NCBI GenBank assembly: GCA_964480435.1
Contig: CAYZSS010000029.1
Location: 1 to 7,463, forward strand
Direction of reading: 5' to 3'
Source: an uncultured archaeon
GTDB taxonomy: Archaea > Iainarchaeota > Iainarchaeia > Iainarchaeales > 0-14-0-20-30-16
Length of the DNA stretch: 7,463 nt
Within the stretch, counting starts at the first letter, position 1. Every line of letters begins with the position of its first letter. Below the pieces are notes generated by a model. It made no database searches, was not told the origin of the DNA, and saw nothing but the letters and a program-made list of their open reading frames with translations. Both the position numbers and the translations under genes were made by a program. Below, one piece after another: positions 4,550 through 7,463 of this stretch.

Positions 4550-5515
4550 TCAGCCCCTAAAAATTAAAAACACAATATATGCAACATACATCAAAACAAA
4601 TACTACTCCTTGCCATCTTTCAAGTTCGTGTTTCTTTCCAACAAACAAGAACAAAAATAATGCTACAGTTGCAATTACTAATATAATTAAGTCAAAGATT
4701 GCTGATGCAGGTATTGCTATAGGTGTTATTACTGAACCAAGCCCTAAAATCCAAAAAATATTGAAGATATTACTTCCCACAATATTACCTATTGCTAAGT
4801 CTCCTTCTTTTCTAATAGTAGCAATAATTGAAGTAATCAACTCTGGCAAAGAAGTACCCACAGCAACCACAGTAAGAGAAATAAAATATTCACTCATTCC
4901 CAATAACTGCGCAAATGCTACTGCTCCTTCTACTGTCCATTTTCCGCCAAGATAAAGAGCAACAAGCCCACCAATAATATACAAAGCAATTTTTAGTGAA
5001 GGCATTTTTTGTATGTCGGCATCTTTAAGTTCCCCTGTTTTTTTATTAGCCCTCATCATCTTAAAGGCATAATACAAAAACGAAGCAAATAAAATTAGAA
5101 GAATACACCCACCAATTCGAGAGATATAATTAAGGCCTAAATTATTGGCAAAAAGACCACTAGCAAAAATCAAAAGAATAAGAACACCCAATAAAGAGTA
5201 AGGAATTTCTTTCCAAGTTGTAGAAGAATGCCCTTTTATTCCTGCAATCATAGCAATTATTCCAAGCATAAGTAAAATATTAGATATATTACTACCAATA
5301 ATATTTCCAAAAGCAATATCACCATTACCGCTAAGAGCAGCAATTACATTAACTACCAATTCTGGCATAGATGTTCCAAAAGCAACAACAGTAAGCCCAA
5401 TAACTAAAGAAGATACTCCTAATTTTTTTGCAAGAGAAGAAGAACCATCCACTAAATAGCCAGCACCTTTAATAAGCAAAATTATTCCAACTACAAACAA
5501 AATATATTCAATCAT
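4550..5515 (-). CDS. yrbG: Ca2+/cation antiporter (CaCA family; Na+/Ca2+ exchanger, YrbG/NCX_Mj-like)
   Basis: Two alpha-repeat signatures are present: GTSMPEL in the N-terminal half and GTSLPEL in the C-terminal half. About 10 hydrophobic segments surround a central charged loop (MMRANKKTGELKDADIQK). The N-terminus MIEYILFVVGIILLIKGAGYLVDGSSSLAKKLGVS is typical of the family. Start set to ATG 5513-5515. Stop TGA at 4550-4552. Confidence 0.9.
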   Translation of the reverse strand: MIEYILFVVGIILLIKGAGYLVDGSSSLAKKLGVSSLVIGLTVVAFGTSMPELVVNVIAALSGNGDIAFGNIIGSNISNILLMLGIIAMIAGIKGHSSTTWKEIPYSLLGVLILLIFASGLFANNLGLNYISRIGGCILLILFASFLYYAFKMMRANKKTGELKDADIQKMPSLKIALYIIGGLVALYLGGKWTVEGAVAFAQLLGMSEYFISLTVVAVGTSLPELITSIIATIRKEGDLAIGNIVGSNIFNIFWILGLGSVITPIAIPASAIFDLIILVIATVALFLFLFVGKKHELERWQGVVFVLMYVAYIVFLIFRG

Positions 5516-5592
5516 CTTTTTCAGCTCAATTAGATAGTATTTAGAAAAGATAAACTGGAAAGAAATAAAAACCCAGAGCAAGTTATTCTATT
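5516..5592. promoter_or_regulatory. Divergent promoter spacer between the antiporter and the 135-aa orphan
   Basis: This is a 77-nt AT-rich spacer. AAATAAAA (5563-5570) is centred about 27 nt upstream of ATG 5593, and no SD is present, which fits a leaderless-type arrangement. Confidence 0.35.
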
Positions 5593-6000
5593 ATGTTTGA
5601 AGAAAGTAAGCCTCTTGATGAATTTGAGAGCTGGGTGCAAACCCAAATAACGGGCAGAGACATAAACTACAAGAAAAAAGCCTGTGTTCAACTTATTGAG
5701 AAAACAAAAAAACAAATCGATCCTTTGGGAGATATGTTCAAAAATAATAAACAAAAATTACTTTTTGAAATGCAGAAAGCACTATATCCTTATCTTGATG
5801 AACTATTCAATGCTAAAGAACTAGAACTCGGGGCAAGCATTTTAGGAGTAATACATTCAAAGAAAATATTTGAGTTATGTATAGATAAATACAAATTAAA
5901 TCGGAAGAAAATGGGGTCTATATTTCTTGGTGGAGTAATGGAAAGCCCATTCTTTACTAATTTTGAAAAGAAAAGATTGTATCAGAGCTTCGATATTTAG
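5593..6000 (+). CDS. Hypothetical protein, 135 aa; predicted soluble and largely helical by composition, no recognised family
   Basis: The frame is open with K/E/L-rich composition like the neighbouring genes, and it fills the space between two confident genes. It has no TM segment and no motif I recognise. The overlapping antisense ORF 5530-5754 looks like a shadow. Confidence 0.6.
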   Translation: MFEESKPLDEFESWVQTQITGRDINYKKKACVQLIEKTKKQIDPLGDMFKNNKQKLLFEMQKALYPYLDELFNAKELELGASILGVIHSKKIFELCIDKYKLNRKKMGSIFLGGVMESPFFTNFEKKRLYQSFDI

Positions 6001-6045
6001 CTTAACTCCCCCAGTGTTTATATTGTTATAAGGTGATATTTAATT

Positions 6046-7032
6046 ATGGACCTAATAAAAGTAAAAAACCTGACAAAAAAGTTTAAAGATTTAACTGCAG
6101 TAGATTCTGTTTCTTTCAATATAGGCACAGGGGAAATCTTTGGGTTATTAGGTCCAAATGGAGCAGGAAAAACAACCACGATTTCAATGTTGGCAACAAT
6201 GTTAAATCCAACTTCTGGCACTGCAACAATAAATGGTTTTGATATAGAAACACAGCAGGCTGATGTAAGAAAATCTATAGGCATTGTATTTCAAGACCAA
6301 AGCCTAGATGAAGAACTAACTGCATATGAAAACATGGATTTACATGGGCGTCTGTATAGAGTGCCTAAGGAAATCAGACAGAAAAAGATTACAGAGCTTT
6401 TATTACTTGTTGAATTAGAAGATAGAAAAGATGATTTAGTAAAAACCTTTTCAGGTGGTATGAGACGACGTTTAGAAATTGCGCGTGGTTTATTGCATGA
6501 ACCAAGAATTCTTTTCCTAGATGAGCCAACACTTGGACTTGATCCACAAACAAGAAACCATATTTGGCAATATATTACAAAATTAAATAAAGAAAAAAAA
6601 ATAACTATTATTCTTACTACTCATTATATGGATGAAGCAGACAAACTATGCAAAAACATAGGGATAATTGACAAAGGAAAAGTTGTAATTATAGACACCC
6701 CAAGCAACCTAAAAGATCAGCTTGGAGGAGATATTATAACTCTTGAATCTTCTAATAACAAAAAATTAATACCAGTCCTTAAAAAAACAAAGGGAATACA
6801 AAAAATAACCACCAAAGACAATCAGGTAATAATAAATCTCCAGAACTCTGAAAAGCACGTTGCAGAAATTGTAAAACTAGCGGAGAAAAACAAAATAAAA
6901 ATAAACTCCATTTCAACACATAAACCAACTCTAGAAGATGTATTTCTACATTTCACAGGAAAGTCAATTAGAGAAGAAGATGCAAGTGCCAAAGATCAAA
7001 TGAGATTAAGACAAAGAGCCTGGAGGCGATAA
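6046..7032 (+). CDS. ABC transporter ATP-binding protein (ABC-2/DrrA-CcmA type exporter ATPase)
   Basis: Motifs present: Walker A GPNGAGKTT, Q-loop VFQDQS, signature FSGGMRRRLEIA, Walker B ILFLDEPT, H-loop TTHYM. The C-terminal domain ends PTLEDVFLHFTG, as in COG1131-type ATPases. AGGTGA (6031-6036) lies 9 nt before the ATG. Confidence 0.95.
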   Translation: MDLIKVKNLTKKFKDLTAVDSVSFNIGTGEIFGLLGPNGAGKTTTISMLATMLNPTSGTATINGFDIETQQADVRKSIGIVFQDQSLDEELTAYENMDLHGRLYRVPKEIRQKKITELLLLVELEDRKDDLVKTFSGGMRRRLEIARGLLHEPRILFLDEPTLGLDPQTRNHIWQYITKLNKEKKITIILTTHYMDEADKLCKNIGIIDKGKVVIIDTPSNLKDQLGGDIITLESSNNKKLIPVLKKTKGIQKITTKDNQVIINLQNSEKHVAEIVKLAEKNKIKINSISTHKPTLEDVFLHFTGKSIREEDASAKDQMRLRQRAWRR

Positions 7033-7033
7033 A

Positions 7034-7463
7034 ATGGATATTATTTATGCAATCTGGCTAAGAAATATTAAAAGATATTTAAGATCAAAAAGCAGAATAA
7101 TTGGTAGCATAGGAATGCCATTATTCTTACTACTTATTCTTGGTTTTGGACTAAACTCTGTTGTCAGTATTCCTGGACTGGAACAAGGATATTTAGGATT
7201 TATAATCCCAGGAATTATAGCAATGACAGTTTTATTTACTTCTATATTTTCAGGAATACAAATAATCTGGGACAAACAATTTGGGTTTCTAAAAGAAACA
7301 CTTGTTGCCCCTGTATCAAGAGTAGAAATAATGCTGGGACAAACACTAGGAGGAGCAACAACAGCTTTTATCCAAGGAGTAATTATTCTTGTTATTTCTC
7401 TTTTTATTGGAACAAACATTTTTAGTGTATCTGGATTTATTATTGCTTTTATTTTCATGTTGC
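7034..7463 (+). CDS. ABC-2 type transporter permease (N-terminal 143 codons; continues beyond the window)
   Basis: This ORF is absent from the ORF track because it has no stop in the window. I translated it by hand with no stops: MDIIYAIWLRNIKRYLRSKSRIIGSIGMPLFLLLILGFGL...IWDKQFGFLKETLVAPVSRVEIMLGQTLGG... The WDKQFGFLKE-LVAPVSR block is typical of ABC-2 permeases. ATG 7034 lies 1 nt after the ATPase stop (7030-7032). GGAGG (7022-7026) lies 7 nt upstream, which indicates translational coupling. Confidence 0.85.
   Translation, partial: MDIIYAIWLRNIKRYLRSKSRIIGSIGMPLFLLLILGFGLNSVVSIPGLEQGYLGFIIPGIIAMTVLFTSIFSGIQIIWDKQFGFLKETLVAPVSRVEIMLGQTLGGATTAFIQGVIILVISLFIGTNIFSVSGFIIAFIFML

Overview
This is an AT-rich chromosomal stretch: 60-nt lines I counted by hand ran about 25-38% G+C. 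It is very compact, about 92% coding by my calls. It carries 11 protein-coding genes, two of them cut by the window edges. I found no rRNA or tRNA, no CRISPR array, no transposase or integrase, and no long repeat.

Gene order:
- 3' fragment of an unknown gene (+)
- SPL/COG1533-like radical SAM protein (+), convergent with the next pair
- GNAT acetyltransferase, preceded by a NadM-type NMN adenylyltransferase (both -, tightly coupled pair)
- lipobox lipoprotein (+), divergent from nadM
- SlyD-type FKBP with a polylysine head and a Cys-rich tail (+)
- short, divergent NAD-kinase-like protein (+), convergent with the next gene
- CaCA Na+/Ca2+ antiporter (-)
- 135-aa orphan (+), divergent from the antiporter
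- ABC ATPase (+)
- ABC-2 permease (+, runs off the window end)

The archaeal-type NMNAT motif GRFQPFHKGH, the short NadK, oligo-T tracts after genes, TATA-like boxes about 25-35 nt upstream of ATGs that lack a Shine-Dalgarno (SD) sequence, and the extreme compaction suggest a small-genome archaeon (DPANN-like). A CPR bacterium cannot be excluded from sequence alone.

I do not see a recognisable defence, mobile or biosynthetic system. The plain reading is a housekeeping, cofactor and transport neighbourhood. The best leads are:
- the three-module SlyD
- the translationally coupled nadM-GNAT pair, with a degenerate NadK 1.6 kb away
- an arginine-free, Cys-rich lipoprotein
- an orphan gene heading the ABC-2 exporter

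All functional calls rest on motif recognition by eye. No searches were run.
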